Positions 8,550 through 18,275 of a DNA stretch of 32,000 nucleotides are shown one piece after another. The translations under genes were made by a program, and so were the position numbers. Position 1 is the stretch's first letter. Each line of letters begins with the position of its first letter. This DNA is from Fastidiosibacter lacustris (lineage in GTDB: Bacteria > Pseudomonadota > Gammaproteobacteria > Francisellales > Francisellaceae): assembly GCF_003428155.1 (NCBI RefSeq), contig NZ_QLIR01000001.1, forward strand, positions 60,001 through 92,000, written 5' to 3'. The notes beneath the pieces are model-generated. The model saw only the letters and a list, made by a program, of their open reading frames with translations. It did not search any database and was not told the DNA's origin.

Positions 8550-9800
8550 ATGATAAAAAGAAAAATTTCAGTTATTGGTTTGGGGTATGTTGGTTTACCC
8601 GTAGCGGTTGCCTTTGGTCAAAAGCAACAAGTGGTCGCATTTGATATTAATCGAAATAGAATAAAAGCGTTAAAAGCAGGACATGATTACACCTTAGAGG
8701 TAGCAGATGGTGAGTTACAATCAGCGAACTTACTGTTGACAGATGATATTGGAGAGCTTAAAAAAGCAGATTTTCATATTCTGGCAGTCCCAACGCCAAT
8801 TGATGATGCGAACAAACCTGATTTAAGCCCACTTTTAAGCGCATCAAAAACGGTGGGAAAGGCACTTAAAAAAGGCGATATTGTCGTTTACGAATCTACA
8901 GTTTATCCAGGGGCGACAGAGGAGGACTGTGTCCCTATTTTGGAAAAAGAATCAGGGTTAAAATGTGGCATTGATTTCTTTGTAGGCTACTCACCTGAGC
9001 GGATTAATCCAGGTGATAAAGAGCATACGTTTACCAAAATTCTTAAGGTGGTTTCAGGGCAAACTCCCGAGATTTGCGATATTGTTGCCGAAGTTTATGC
9101 TTCTGTTGTTAAAGCTGGTGTATATAAGGCAAGCTCCATTAAAGTGGCAGAAGCGAGTAAAGTAATTGAAAACTCACAACGGGATTTAGGGATCGCTTTT
9201 GTCAATGAGTTATCAAAAATTTTCCATTTAATGGGAATAGATACGCAAGAGGTTTTAGATGCCGCAGCTACTAAGTGGAATTTTGTGCGACTTAATCCAG
9301 GTCTTGTTGGCGGGCATTGTATTGGGGTAGATCCATATTATTTGACATATAAAGCGGAGAGATTAGGCTATCATCCTGAAGTTTTATTGGCAGGGCGCAG
9401 AATTAATGATGGTATGGCGAAATATGTGGCTGAACAGGTTGTCAAGACTATGATTCACGAGGGAAAGCTAATCAAAAATGCCAAGGTTGCGCTATTGGGT
9501 GTGACGTTTAAAGAAAATTGCCCAGATATTAGAAATTCTAAGATTTTTGATGTGATTCAGGAGTTGAGAGAATATAATCTCAACGTTGACGTTCATGATC
9601 CAGTGGCTGATGTCAATGAGGTTGAGCATGAGTGTGGCATAAAACTTATTGATTGGACTGAACTGGAAGGAAAACGTTATGATGTTATCGTGGTTGCAGT
9701 AGGGCATGATGACTATCGTAATGAAAGACTGCCTGAACATGATATACTAATTGACGTCAAATCAATTTATGATAAGAAAAAATCTAAATTTAGACTGTGA
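8550..9800 (+). CDS. UDP-N-acetyl-hexosamine 6-dehydrogenase (nucleotide-sugar dehydrogenase, TviB/WbpO-like; occupies the WbpA position)
   Basis: The ORF track starts at 8523 with GTG, but ATG 8550 gives canonical 'MIKRKISVIGLGYVGLPVAVAFG'; 'VVYESTVYPGATEEDCVPILE', 'NPGLVGGHCIGVDPYYLTYKAERLGYHPEVLLAGRRINDGM'. Confidence 0.9.
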   Translation: MIKRKISVIGLGYVGLPVAVAFGQKQQVVAFDINRNRIKALKAGHDYTLEVADGELQSANLLLTDDIGELKKADFHILAVPTPIDDANKPDLSPLLSASKTVGKALKKGDIVVYESTVYPGATEEDCVPILEKESGLKCGIDFFVGYSPERINPGDKEHTFTKILKVVSGQTPEICDIVAEVYASVVKAGVYKASSIKVAEASKVIENSQRDLGIAFVNELSKIFHLMGIDTQEVLDAAATKWNFVRLNPGLVGGHCIGVDPYYLTYKAERLGYHPEVLLAGRRINDGMAKYVAEQVVKTMIHEGKLIKNAKVALLGVTFKENCPDIRNSKIFDVIQELREYNLNVDVHDPVADVNEVEHECGIKLIDWTELEGKRYDVIVVAVGHDDYRNERLPEHDILIDVKSIYDKKKSKFRL

Positions 9801-9816
9801 ATTTAAGGAATATTTG

Positions 9817-10821
9817 ATGAAACGTTTTGCATTGATTGGAGCTGCTGGTTATATTGCACCAAGGCATATGAAGGCAATCAAAGATACTGATAATGAACTT
9901 GTGGTTGCAATGGACACTTTTGATTCAGTTGGAATCTTGGATAGTTATTTCCCTCAAGCTGATTTTTTTAAAGAGTTTGAACGCTTTGAACGTAATGTTC
10001 AATTGCGCAAAGGGGGCAATAAACGAGTGGACTTCGTCTCAATATGTTCCCCGAATTACTTACATGACAGTCATATTCGCTTCGCGTTAAATAATGGGGC
10101 GCATGCTATCTCGGAAAAACCTTTGGTTTTAAATCCATGGGTTCTAGAAAATCTCGAGAGTTTGGAAAAAGAAACTGGTAAAAATGTATATAATATTTTG
10201 CAGCTACGCCTTCACCCATCTATTATTGCTTTAAGAGAGAAAGTGCTTCATGGTCCGAAAGACAAGGTATATAATATCGATTTAACCTACCTAACAAGCC
10301 GTGGAACATGGTATTACAGTACATGGAAAGCGGACCAAAACAAGTCAGGTGGAATTGCAACTAATATTGGTGTGCATTTTTTCGATATGTTAGCCTGGAT
10401 TTTTGGAGATGTTAAAAGGAATGACTCTCATCTTGATGAAATTGATAAAGCGGCCGGGTATTTAGAGTTTGAACGTGCAAGAGTGCGTTGGTTTTTAAGT
10501 ATCAATCCGGAAATGCTGCCTCAGCAAGCCTTAAGCAAAGGGGTTAGAACTTTTCGCTCTATTAAGATTGATGGTGAGGAGTTTGAATTCAGTGATGGTT
10601 TTACGGATCTTCATACTGTGGTCTACAGAGATATATTGGATGGTAACGGTTATCGAGTGTCTCATGCAAAAACTGCGATTGAAATCGTGTTTTCTCTAAG
10701 GCATAAGACGCCAAAAGGTATTACTAAAGACAGTCATCCATTTTGTCAAAAAGCGATTCAAACACCGTTTTTGGGATTTTCTAAAGACATGATTGGGAAA
10801 TATTTGGAGAAGTTGGTGTGA
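9817..10821 (+). CDS. wbpB: WbpB-like Gfo/Idh/MocA oxidoreductase (UDP-GlcNAcA 3-dehydrogenase)
   Basis: '[29 protein letters not shown]', '[15 protein letters not shown]', '[15 protein letters not shown]', '[21 protein letters not shown]'. ATG 9817 is preceded by AAGGAA; the track start at 9751 is an upstream TTG. Confidence 0.9.
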   Translation: MKRFALIGAAGYIAPRHMKAIKDTDNELVVAMDTFDSVGILDSYFPQADFFKEFERFERNVQLRKGGNKRVDFVSICSPNYLHDSHIRFALNNGAHAISEKPLVLNPWVLENLESLEKETGKNVYNILQLRLHPSIIALREKVLHGPKDKVYNIDLTYLTSRGTWYYSTWKADQNKSGGIATNIGVHFFDMLAWIFGDVKRNDSHLDEIDKAAGYLEFERARVRWFLSINPEMLPQQALSKGVRTFRSIKIDGEEFEFSDGFTDLHTVVYRDILDGNGYRVSHAKTAIEIVFSLRHKTPKGITKDSHPFCQKAIQTPFLGFSKDMIGKYLEKLV

Positions 10822-11399
10822 GTGATTTTTTCGTTCACGAAAGCAGTTATATTGATGAAGGTGTTAGTATTGGGGAAAATACCAAAATTTGGCATTTTTG
10901 CCATATCATGCGTAATACCAATATTGGTAACGATTGCTCATTTGGGCAAAATTGTGTTGTTGGTCCCAATGTGAAAATTGGTAACAATGTTAAAGTACAG
11001 AACAATATTTCTATCTACGATGGTGTAGAATGCGAAGACGATGTTTTTCTTGGACCTTCAATGGTATTTACAAATGTCATTAATCCAAGAAGCCATGTCA
11101 ATCGTAAGCATGAATTTAAAAAAACCTTGATAAAGAAGGGTTCGACAGTAGGTGCTAATGCCACAATTGTTTGTGGTGTAACGATTGGTGAATATGCTTT
11201 GATTGGAGCGGGCTCGGTAGTAACAAAAGATGTTAAACCGTTTGCATTGATGGTGGGAATTCCTGCTAGGCAAATTGGTTGGGTTGATATGCTTGGAGAG
11301 AGAATTAATTTTGGCAAGAGCAACCAGGCACTTGATGGACAAGGTAATGCTTATATTTTGCAAAATGAATTTGTTAGCTTGCTCAGAGGAATTCGGTGA
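10818..11399 (+). CDS. wbpD: WbpD-like UDP-3-amino sugar N-acetyltransferase (left-handed beta-helix)
   Basis: Hexapeptide repeats; '[31 protein letters not shown]', '[54 protein letters not shown]'. Overlaps the stop of wbpB (GTGA). Confidence 0.92.
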   Translation: MSDFFVHESSYIDEGVSIGENTKIWHFCHIMRNTNIGNDCSFGQNCVVGPNVKIGNNVKVQNNISIYDGVECEDDVFLGPSMVFTNVINPRSHVNRKHEFKKTLIKKGSTVGANATIVCGVTIGEYALIGAGSVVTKDVKPFALMVGIPARQIGWVDMLGERINFGKSNQALDGQGNAYILQNEFVSLLRGIR

Positions 11400-13372
11400 A
11401 TAAATCTAATTTAAACTTATACAGGGCAGATATAGATGGATTAAGAGCAATAGCAGTTCTATTGGTTATCTTTTATCATTTGCAATGGTCGTTTTTTTCA
11501 GCAGGTTTTTTAGGTGTAGATGTGTTTTTTGTAATTTCAGGTTATCTGATTACTTTGCATATTTCTCAGAGTCTGTTTTTAGAGAAGTTTTCTTTGAAGC
11601 AGTTCTATTTAAAACGAATGCGAAGGATCTTGCCAGCTCTGCTTTTTTTGCTTGTTGTAACGAGCTTTTTCGCATGGTTGTTTTTATTACCAGATGCTTT
11701 GTTGGGTTATACTAAGTCGTTGTTGGCGGCGTTATTGTCTTTTTCAAATATTTACTTTTATAACTCTTTCAATTTTGGGTACTTTGCCACCGACGCTTCT
11801 GTTATTTCATTGCTTCACACATGGTCGCTTGGTGTTGAAGAACAATTTTATATAATATGGCCTTTATTATTACTTGTTTGCTTTAGGGTTAAGAGCTCAT
11901 ATTTGATGTTATCAGTTATGGCTTCTATAATTCTTTTTCTGTCATTGTTTTTGTATATAACTATAGATTCGAATATGGCGTATTATATGCCCTTTACCAG
12001 AGCATTTGAGCTATTGTTTGGTGCGATACTTGCATTATTTTCAAAGCAGATAAAGCTAGTAAAAAGTATATTGATTGCAAATGTACTTTCACTTGTAGGA
12101 ATAGTGATTATTTTGTTACCAGCAATCATGCTTTCTAAAAGTGACTTCCCTAGTTTTTGGGCTGTAGTTCCTTGCGTAGGTGTTGTATTGATAATCTTTA
12201 CTGGTGGCTTGCAGAAGAGCTATACCCCTTATGTTAATAAAGTACTGGCGCTTAAACCTTTGGTCAATGTTGGTTTGATTTCCTATTCGCTGTATTTGTG
12301 GCATTGGCCGATTATTGCATATTTGAATTATCTTAGTATATCAATAACTCCATACACTGGAATTGCGGTCATTCTAGCATCAATTTTGATGGCAAGCTTA
12401 AGTTATTTCCTTGTAGAAAAACCATTGCGCTATAAAGTTATTTTCCCTTTTGGAAAAACTTTTTTCACCTTTATTTTGCTGCCTTTGTTTTTGTTCTCTA
12501 TATTTGCGCTAGTTGTGCGGATTAATTCACAATTTGGGTATAACCAGTATTATAAGGATGTTCAACAATTATCATCAACATATTACGGTGTAATTAAAGA
12601 GGACGATGGATGTCATAATTCTGGCACTGACGTGTCACTCCCCTCAAAGAATAAGTGTCTAATAGGTGATCGTAGTAAGAAACAAATAAAAGTTCTAGTT
12701 GTTGGGGATTCACATGCAATGGCTGAAACTGGTATGCTAGATGTAATGCTTAAGAATGCAGGACTTAAAGCATATGTGGCAACTAAATCTAGCGGGCCAT
12801 TTTTAATTGGTAAACTTAAAGATTGGAATCAATATTTTCCAATGAAGAGAAACAATTTATTATTACGAGATATACAAGAAAGTAAGTATAAGTATGTTAT
12901 AATCGGTGGTTCTTGGAATGATGTTTATTTGGAAAATATTCAAATTCAAGATCAAAAAAACACTAAACCTTGGCAAGGGTTGATGTATGGTTTATAGAGT
13001 GCGCTTAAAGCAATTGTATCGAGTGGGGCTATGCCAGTTATTGTTTTAGATAATGCGACGACCCTGAGTTTAAAGAAAACTTGTGGCTTAACAAAAATTC
13101 CTACGGCTAAATGTGTCAATGATTATGATAAAGCAAATTTAATGAACGTGAGACAAAAGATCTTGGGATTAAAGAAACTTTACCCTACCTTGATATTTAT
13201 TGATCCTAACAAAATTATTTGTGAAAATAAAAAATGTGTCACTTCCATTAATAAAGTTCCGTTGTATTATACTGATGGAGAAAATAGCCATTTAAGCTAT
13301 GCAGGTTCAACCTTGATTGGTAAGTTATATTTGAACAAAGTTGGAAACCCTTTTGATCTAAAGATTAGCTAA
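11396..13372 (+). pseudogene. Acyltransferase 3 (OafA-like) fused to SGNH esterase domain, interrupted by in-frame TAG at 12995-12997
   Basis: 11396-12997 encodes 'YRADIDGLRAIAVLLVIFYHLQW...GVDVFFVISGYLIT...FATDASVISLLHTWSLGVEEQFYIIWPLLLL' plus 'VLVVGDSHAMAETGML'. After TAG the same frame (12998-13372) continues 'SALKAIVSSGAMPVIVLDNATTL...YYTDGENSHLSYAGSTLIGKLYLN', the C-terminal SGNH D-x-x-H-like block. Confidence 0.85.
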
Positions 13373-13390
13373 ATAAATTAAGAGAGTTAT

Positions 13391-14449
13391 ATGAAACCAT
13401 TTTTTGATATTCAAGCACAGTATCAAATGTACAAAGAAGAAATTAACCAAGCAATTCAAGAAGTGTTGGATTCAGGTAATTTTATTATGGGGCTACAAGT
13501 TAAAATGCTTGAGAGTGAGTTAGAAAGCTATACGGGTGCTAAGCATTGTGTGACATGCGCCAATGGCACTGATGCGCTACAAATTGCAATGATGGCAATA
13601 GGCATAAAACCAGGTGATGAAGTGATCACAACGCCATTTACTTTTATTGCAACAGCAGAAACAATAGCGCTTTTGGGCGCTAAGCCTGTATTTGTGGATA
13701 TTGAAGAAAGTAGCTTTTTAATTGATGCTGATTTAATTGCAGAAAAAATCACCCCCAGAACTAAAGCAATTATCCCTGTGTCATTATATGGGCAGGTTGC
13801 TGATATGGATGCAATTAACAAAATGGCTAAAGAGCATTCACATAAATTGGGGCATAAAATTTATGTCATTGAAGATGCTGCTCAAAGCTTTGGTGCAGAG
13901 TATAAAGGTAACAAATCTTGTAATGTATCAGACATCGCTACAACAAGTTTTTTTCCAACAAAACCATTAGGTTGTTATGGCGATGGTGGTGCAATATTTA
14001 CATCGAATGATGAAATAGCGCAAAAGATGCGCGAAATTCGAGTTCATGGTCAAAGTAAACGTTATTATCATACGAGTGTGGGGGTGAACTCACGTTTAGA
14101 TACCATTCAAGCAGCAGTCTTATTGGTGAAGCTAAGATATTTCGATCAAGAAATTGAAATACGCCGCAAGCGAGCACAAGAATACTTTAAGCAATATCAA
14201 GGTACAGAAATAGTAACACCAATTGAATTGCAGGGTAGAAAGCATGTTTATGGTCAGTATACGGTGCGAGTAAAAGATAGAGAGAGTTTTCAAGAGCGAT
14301 TGAAATTGCAAGGTATTCCAACCACCATTCATTATCCGGTACCATTAAATAAGCAGCCAGCATTTGAGGATAAGTATGCCTTTTGTCCTGTGTCAGATAG
14401 ACTATCTGATGAAGTGTTAAGTTTACCGATGTGTTTGTACAGTGAATAG
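13391..14449 (+). CDS. wbpE: WbpE-like UDP-3-keto-sugar aminotransferase (DegT/DnrJ/EryC1/StrS family), apparently short at C-terminus
   Basis: 'MKPFFDIQAQYQMYKEEINQAIQEVLDSGNFIMG', 'VTCANGTDALQIAMMAIGIKPGDEVITTPFTFIATAETIALLGAKPVFVDI', 'TTSFFPTKPLGCYGDGGAIFT'; ends abruptly at 'LSLPMCLYSE*'. Confidence 0.9.
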   Translation: MKPFFDIQAQYQMYKEEINQAIQEVLDSGNFIMGLQVKMLESELESYTGAKHCVTCANGTDALQIAMMAIGIKPGDEVITTPFTFIATAETIALLGAKPVFVDIEESSFLIDADLIAEKITPRTKAIIPVSLYGQVADMDAINKMAKEHSHKLGHKIYVIEDAAQSFGAEYKGNKSCNVSDIATTSFFPTKPLGCYGDGGAIFTSNDEIAQKMREIRVHGQSKRYYHTSVGVNSRLDTIQAAVLLVKLRYFDQEIEIRRKRAQEYFKQYQGTEIVTPIELQGRKHVYGQYTVRVKDRESFQERLKLQGIPTTIHYPVPLNKQPAFEDKYAFCPVSDRLSDEVLSLPMCLYSE

Positions 14450-14454
14450 AACTA

Positions 14455-15702
14455 ATGTTTAAAAAAATCTCTATTGTTTTCTTTGGGTATGCGTTAGCTC
14501 AGGGAATTCTCTTTGCATCCTCTCCATTGTTATCAAGATTGTATGACCAGTCGGCTTTTGGCTTGTTAGGCTTTGTTATGGCTTTTGCTGGTGTAATGCT
14601 ACCAATTTTAAGCTTACGTTATGAATACGCAATGCCTTTGGTAAAAACGGCTCACAGTAAACTATCTCTTTTAAAAATCTGCCAAAAGCTAGTTGCTGTA
14701 ATAAGTGTTGTTGCAATCTTTGGATACCTATTGCTAAATTTACTTTTTAATTTCCATGAAATGTCTGTGATTCAATTACTCATCATGGGGGTGATTCTAT
14801 TTACTCAAGGTAATGTTCAAGCAAGCAATCTATATTTAATTTCATATGGGCTTACTACAAAGATGACGGTTGGCAAAATCTATCAAAATATTGTGTTAGT
14901 CGTGGCTCAATTTTTGTTAGCGCTTTTGATCATGGGAATAGGGACAGGTTTAATCTTGGCTTTGCTAATAGGACAGTTAGTTAATCTTGTGTATTTACGT
15001 TATGTTTCAAAGGTTTTGACTACTTCTTGCCATGTGCCAAAAAAATCTCATGCGTTGCTTTTACTGTCTAAGTTTAAGCGATTACCATTATTGATGAGTT
15101 GGGGAGATTTGTTAAACTCGCTAACGTCAAATTTGCCAGTCTTCTTTTTCACCAGTTATTTTGGAGCAAAAACCGTTGGCTTATACTTTTTTGCTTATAG
15201 TGTTTTTAGTGCTCCTTTAAGCCTTTTAGGATTAGCCATATCTCAGGTGATGCTAAAAGATTTTGCAGATAGAGTGATTTATAAGAAAAAAATACTAAAG
15301 CGCTTCTTGATGACGAGTTTTCTTTTAGTGCTGTGTGCTCTTTTGTATTATCTTGTTGCTATTATTTTAGCTCAATATGCTTTATTAATATTTGGTGCTC
15401 ATTGGCAGGGCTTGAAAGAAGTGATTGAGTTAATTTCGCTACCAATTGCATGTATGCTAGTTGCGTCACCACTTTCAACGCTACTAAACACCTTAAATAA
15501 AAATAGATACTTGACAATGTGGCAATCTCTATTTTTTATCGGTACTTTATTGGCATTATATTTGTGTAAGCATTTCGATTTTTTTGAGTTACTAGGTTCT
15601 GTTACATATCTCTGGACATTTATGTATATTCTATATTGGGTAGTTATATTTATTTTTGTTGTTCTATATGAAAAAAGGTTAAGTGGTCGTGTCTCAGTCT
15701 AG
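14455..15702 (+). CDS. wzx: Wzx-like oligosaccharide flippase / polysaccharide biosynthesis membrane protein
   Basis: 415 aa multi-TM; 'FFGYALAQGILFASSPLLSRLYDQSAFGLLGFVMAFAGVMLPILSLRYEYAMPLV' is typical of the lipopolysaccharide flippase family; position between wbpE and wzy-like gene. Confidence 0.82.
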   Translation: MFKKISIVFFGYALAQGILFASSPLLSRLYDQSAFGLLGFVMAFAGVMLPILSLRYEYAMPLVKTAHSKLSLLKICQKLVAVISVVAIFGYLLLNLLFNFHEMSVIQLLIMGVILFTQGNVQASNLYLISYGLTTKMTVGKIYQNIVLVVAQFLLALLIMGIGTGLILALLIGQLVNLVYLRYVSKVLTTSCHVPKKSHALLLLSKFKRLPLLMSWGDLLNSLTSNLPVFFFTSYFGAKTVGLYFFAYSVFSAPLSLLGLAISQVMLKDFADRVIYKKKILKRFLMTSFLLVLCALLYYLVAIILAQYALLIFGAHWQGLKEVIELISLPIACMLVASPLSTLLNTLNKNRYLTMWQSLFFIGTLLALYLCKHFDFFELLGSVTYLWTFMYILYWVVIFIFVVLYEKRLSGRVSV

Positions 15703-16876
15703 TGATTTATCCTTTTCATCAAACTGTTTAGTAGCTAAGGAAAGACTATCAAACTTTTATCTTTGGATGATTAGTGCAGGGTTCTTTCTCTATAACTACC
15801 TTATTGGAAATAACTATCTACCTGCAGGTCATGTTGGTCTTTATAGTTTTTCATCATTATTCTATTTGTGCTGCATGGGGTATCTATACCGGTATGATCT
15901 GGGGAAAATACGGTTTGATTTATTATTATTTTGGGTCACAATATTTATTTTTTCAGTCTTTTTACTGACGATTGTTTATTATCTGTTTGATCTTCCTTCC
16001 TCAAACTATAGTTTGAGTTTGTTTACTGCAAATCTAAAATTTATTATCCAATATACTTCGTTGCTGTTTGCAGCTTATTTTGTAAAAGTAGGAAGAATGA
16101 GAAAAGTTATTTTATATTCTTTTGTTTTACTCTCTTGCTTAATATTTTCTAACATAGATTACAATTACTTGATTTTTACGTATGGATACTCAGCTGATAG
16201 TAACTTAATTGCAAGTTACCAAGGTATGGCTAGTAGCTATTTGATGCTATTGATTTTGTTGTTAGTTGCAACTAGGCGAAAGGATGTAAAACTGCTATTT
16301 GCATTTGTGGGCATGGTAGCTCTTTTTTTTATTGGCGCTAGAACTCAGTTTGTTATGGGAGCAATGATTTTTACTTTAATGTTGTTTAAATATCATCCTA
16401 AATTTACTTTTATTCTCATGTTTATAGGAGGCATTTCATTATGTTTTTATCCTGAGATCTTGCTCATGCATGATAGTAGAATTTTTAATTTGTTCCATTT
16501 AGCTCATGACACATCGTTTAAAGCAAGAATCCAAATGTTTGATGCAGGTATCCAAGATATTATAAATCACCCTATTTTGGGAGTATATGGTGGGCAAGTT
16601 TATTATTTTGATGATTTGGGTAGCTATATCCATAATGCTCTTAGTGTTTGGAGGCAGTTTGGAGTTTTTGTTTTCTTAGTATATGTATATGTCATTATGA
16701 GATCCTTTAGTGCTTTGTTTATTTATGCAAGGAAAAGCTCCTCAGTAGAAATAGTATTATTTTATGCAATTGCAATAATTGTGGGTTTGACTTTCTCTCA
16801 AAATTATGAAAATGCAACAGTAGCTTTTATTGTGGGAGCCGCTTTAAGATGTTTAAGTATTAAAGAGAAAACGTAG
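15683..16876 (+). CDS. wzy: O-antigen polymerase-like (Wzy) integral membrane protein
   Basis: 397 aa multi-TM protein, poorly conserved in sequence as expected for Wzy; has long loop with 'SLFTANLKFIIQYTSLLFAAYFVKVG', 'LFFIGARTQFVMGAMIF', 'NHPILGVYGGQVYYFDDLGSYIHNALSVWRQFGVFVFL'; overlaps wzx by 20 bp. Confidence 0.68.
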   Translation: MVVSQSSDLSFSSNCLVAKERLSNFYLWMISAGFFLYNYLIGNNYLPAGHVGLYSFSSLFYLCCMGYLYRYDLGKIRFDLLLFWVTIFIFSVFLLTIVYYLFDLPSSNYSLSLFTANLKFIIQYTSLLFAAYFVKVGRMRKVILYSFVLLSCLIFSNIDYNYLIFTYGYSADSNLIASYQGMASSYLMLLILLLVATRRKDVKLLFAFVGMVALFFIGARTQFVMGAMIFTLMLFKYHPKFTFILMFIGGISLCFYPEILLMHDSRIFNLFHLAHDTSFKARIQMFDAGIQDIINHPILGVYGGQVYYFDDLGSYIHNALSVWRQFGVFVFLVYVYVIMRSFSALFIYARKSSSVEIVLFYAIAIIVGLTFSQNYENATVAFIVGAALRCLSIKEKT

Positions 16877-16885
16877 GAGTATTTA

Positions 16886-17527
16886 GTGATTGCAATTATT
16901 GATTATGGTATGGGGAACCCCGCTTCTATATTGAATATGATTCGAAAGGTCGGTGGAGAGGCAATCTTATCATCCAGTGTTCAGGATATTAATGCTGCAA
17001 CAGCAATCATACTCCCAGGGGTAGGCTCTTTTGATAATGGTGTAATAAGGCTAAGGCAATTAGGTATCTTAGAGACTTTAAAGAAGAAAATATTGCAAGA
17101 TAAAATTCCATTTTTAGGTGTTTGTTTAGGTATGCAACTATTGTTTGAAACAAGCGAGGAAGGTGAGGAAATGGGGCTAGGGTATATTTCGGGAAGTGTC
17201 ACAAGATTTAATTTTTTTGAACGGCGAGAGCAACAAAAAAAATTGCGTGTGCCGCATATGGGATGGAATGAAATATCAGCGAAAGATGACTTGCTATTTA
17301 GAGGGTTAACGGAAAACGCTAGATTCTACTTTGTGCATTCATATTATGTTAATTGTTTAGATGAAGCTAATGCTCTAGCCTGTTGTCATTATGGGCATCC
17401 ATTTACCTGTGCTGTACGTAAGGATAATATTTATGGGGTTCAGTTTCATCCTGAAAAGAGTCACAAATTTGGTATGCAACTATTTAGGAATTTTTTGGAG
17501 ATTGTGAAATGCTCAGAACACGCGTAA
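16886..17527 (+). CDS. hisH: HisH-like class I glutamine amidotransferase subunit (O-antigen paralog)
   Basis: 'MIAIIDYGMGNPASILNMIRKVGGEAILSS', 'ILPGVGSFDNG', nucleophile 'PFLGVCLGMQLLFETSEEGE', 'VQFHPEKSHKFG'. Confidence 0.93.
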   Translation: MIAIIDYGMGNPASILNMIRKVGGEAILSSSVQDINAATAIILPGVGSFDNGVIRLRQLGILETLKKKILQDKIPFLGVCLGMQLLFETSEEGEEMGLGYISGSVTRFNFFERREQQKKLRVPHMGWNEISAKDDLLFRGLTENARFYFVHSYYVNCLDEANALACCHYGHPFTCAVRKDNIYGVQFHPEKSHKFGMQLFRNFLEIVKCSEHA

Positions 17528-18273
17528 TCCCTACATTATTGTTAAAAGAAGTGGGATTATATAAAGGCATACAGTTTAAAAACCACCAATATGTCGGAGA
17601 TCCAATTAATGCGGTGAAAATTTTTAATGAGAAAGAAGTTGATGAGCTTGTTTTTTTAGATATCTCAGCAACTGATAATAAGCGTATTAATTATGAATTG
17701 ATTGCTGATATTTCTGCTGAGACGTTTATGCCTTTTGCTTATGGTGGAGGAATTTCCCAAGTACAACAGATAGAGAAGCTTTTCCATCTGGGTGTTGAAA
17801 AGGTTATTATAAATACTGCTGCATTCTATTACCCAGAATTAATCACTCAGGCAAGCAAACTTGCTGGTAGTCAGAGTATTGTTGTGTCAATAGATGTTAA
17901 AAAGAGTCTTATGGGTAGGTATGAAGTATACGTTAACAATGGAAAAACTAGAACAAAGCAAGCCCCTATAGAATATGCTAAAAAAATTCAAGATCTAGGC
18001 GCTGGGGAAGTCATCGTGACTTCTATTAATCGTGAAGGTACTGGTAGTGGTTATGATCTTGAGCTACTTTCTCAAATATCTTCGGCAGTTGAAATTCCTA
18101 TTGTTGCTTCAGGAGGTGCGAACTCTATTGATGATTTTGCTCAAGCTGTATCAAAGGCTCATGTGTCAGCCGTTTCAGCGGGTAGTATGTTCGTTTTCCA
18201 TGGCAAGCATCGTGCTGTTTTGATAACATACCCCAGTTATGAAAAACTAGAACAAGCTTTGCAGGAGAACTAA
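17509..18273 (+). CDS. hisF: HisF-like (beta/alpha)8 barrel subunit, O-antigen paralog
   Basis: 'ELVFLDISATDNKRINYELIADISAETFMPFAYGGGISQVQQIEKLFHLGVEKVIINTAA', 'VVSIDVKKSLMGRYEVYVNNGKTRT', 'VEIPIVASGGANSIDDF'. The N-terminus 'MLRTRVIPTLLLKEVGLYKGI' differs from the usual 'PCLDV'. Confidence 0.92.
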   Translation: MLRTRVIPTLLLKEVGLYKGIQFKNHQYVGDPINAVKIFNEKEVDELVFLDISATDNKRINYELIADISAETFMPFAYGGGISQVQQIEKLFHLGVEKVIINTAAFYYPELITQASKLAGSQSIVVSIDVKKSLMGRYEVYVNNGKTRTKQAPIEYAKKIQDLGAGEVIVTSINREGTGSGYDLELLSQISSAVEIPIVASGGANSIDDFAQAVSKAHVSAVSAGSMFVFHGKHRAVLITYPSYEKLEQALQEN

Positions 18274-18275
18274 AG

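Noticed and set aside
13031-13372. Independent 113-aa protein start at 13031
   Set aside because: Same reading frame as the upstream acyltransferase and matches the missing end of its SGNH domain; treated as the downstream part of one interrupted gene.
16886-18273. hisH-hisF as part of a histidine biosynthesis operon
   Set aside because: No other his genes nearby, adjacent wbpG, O-antigen context, and the HisF lacks the N-terminal catalytic Asp; better explained as amidotransferase partners.
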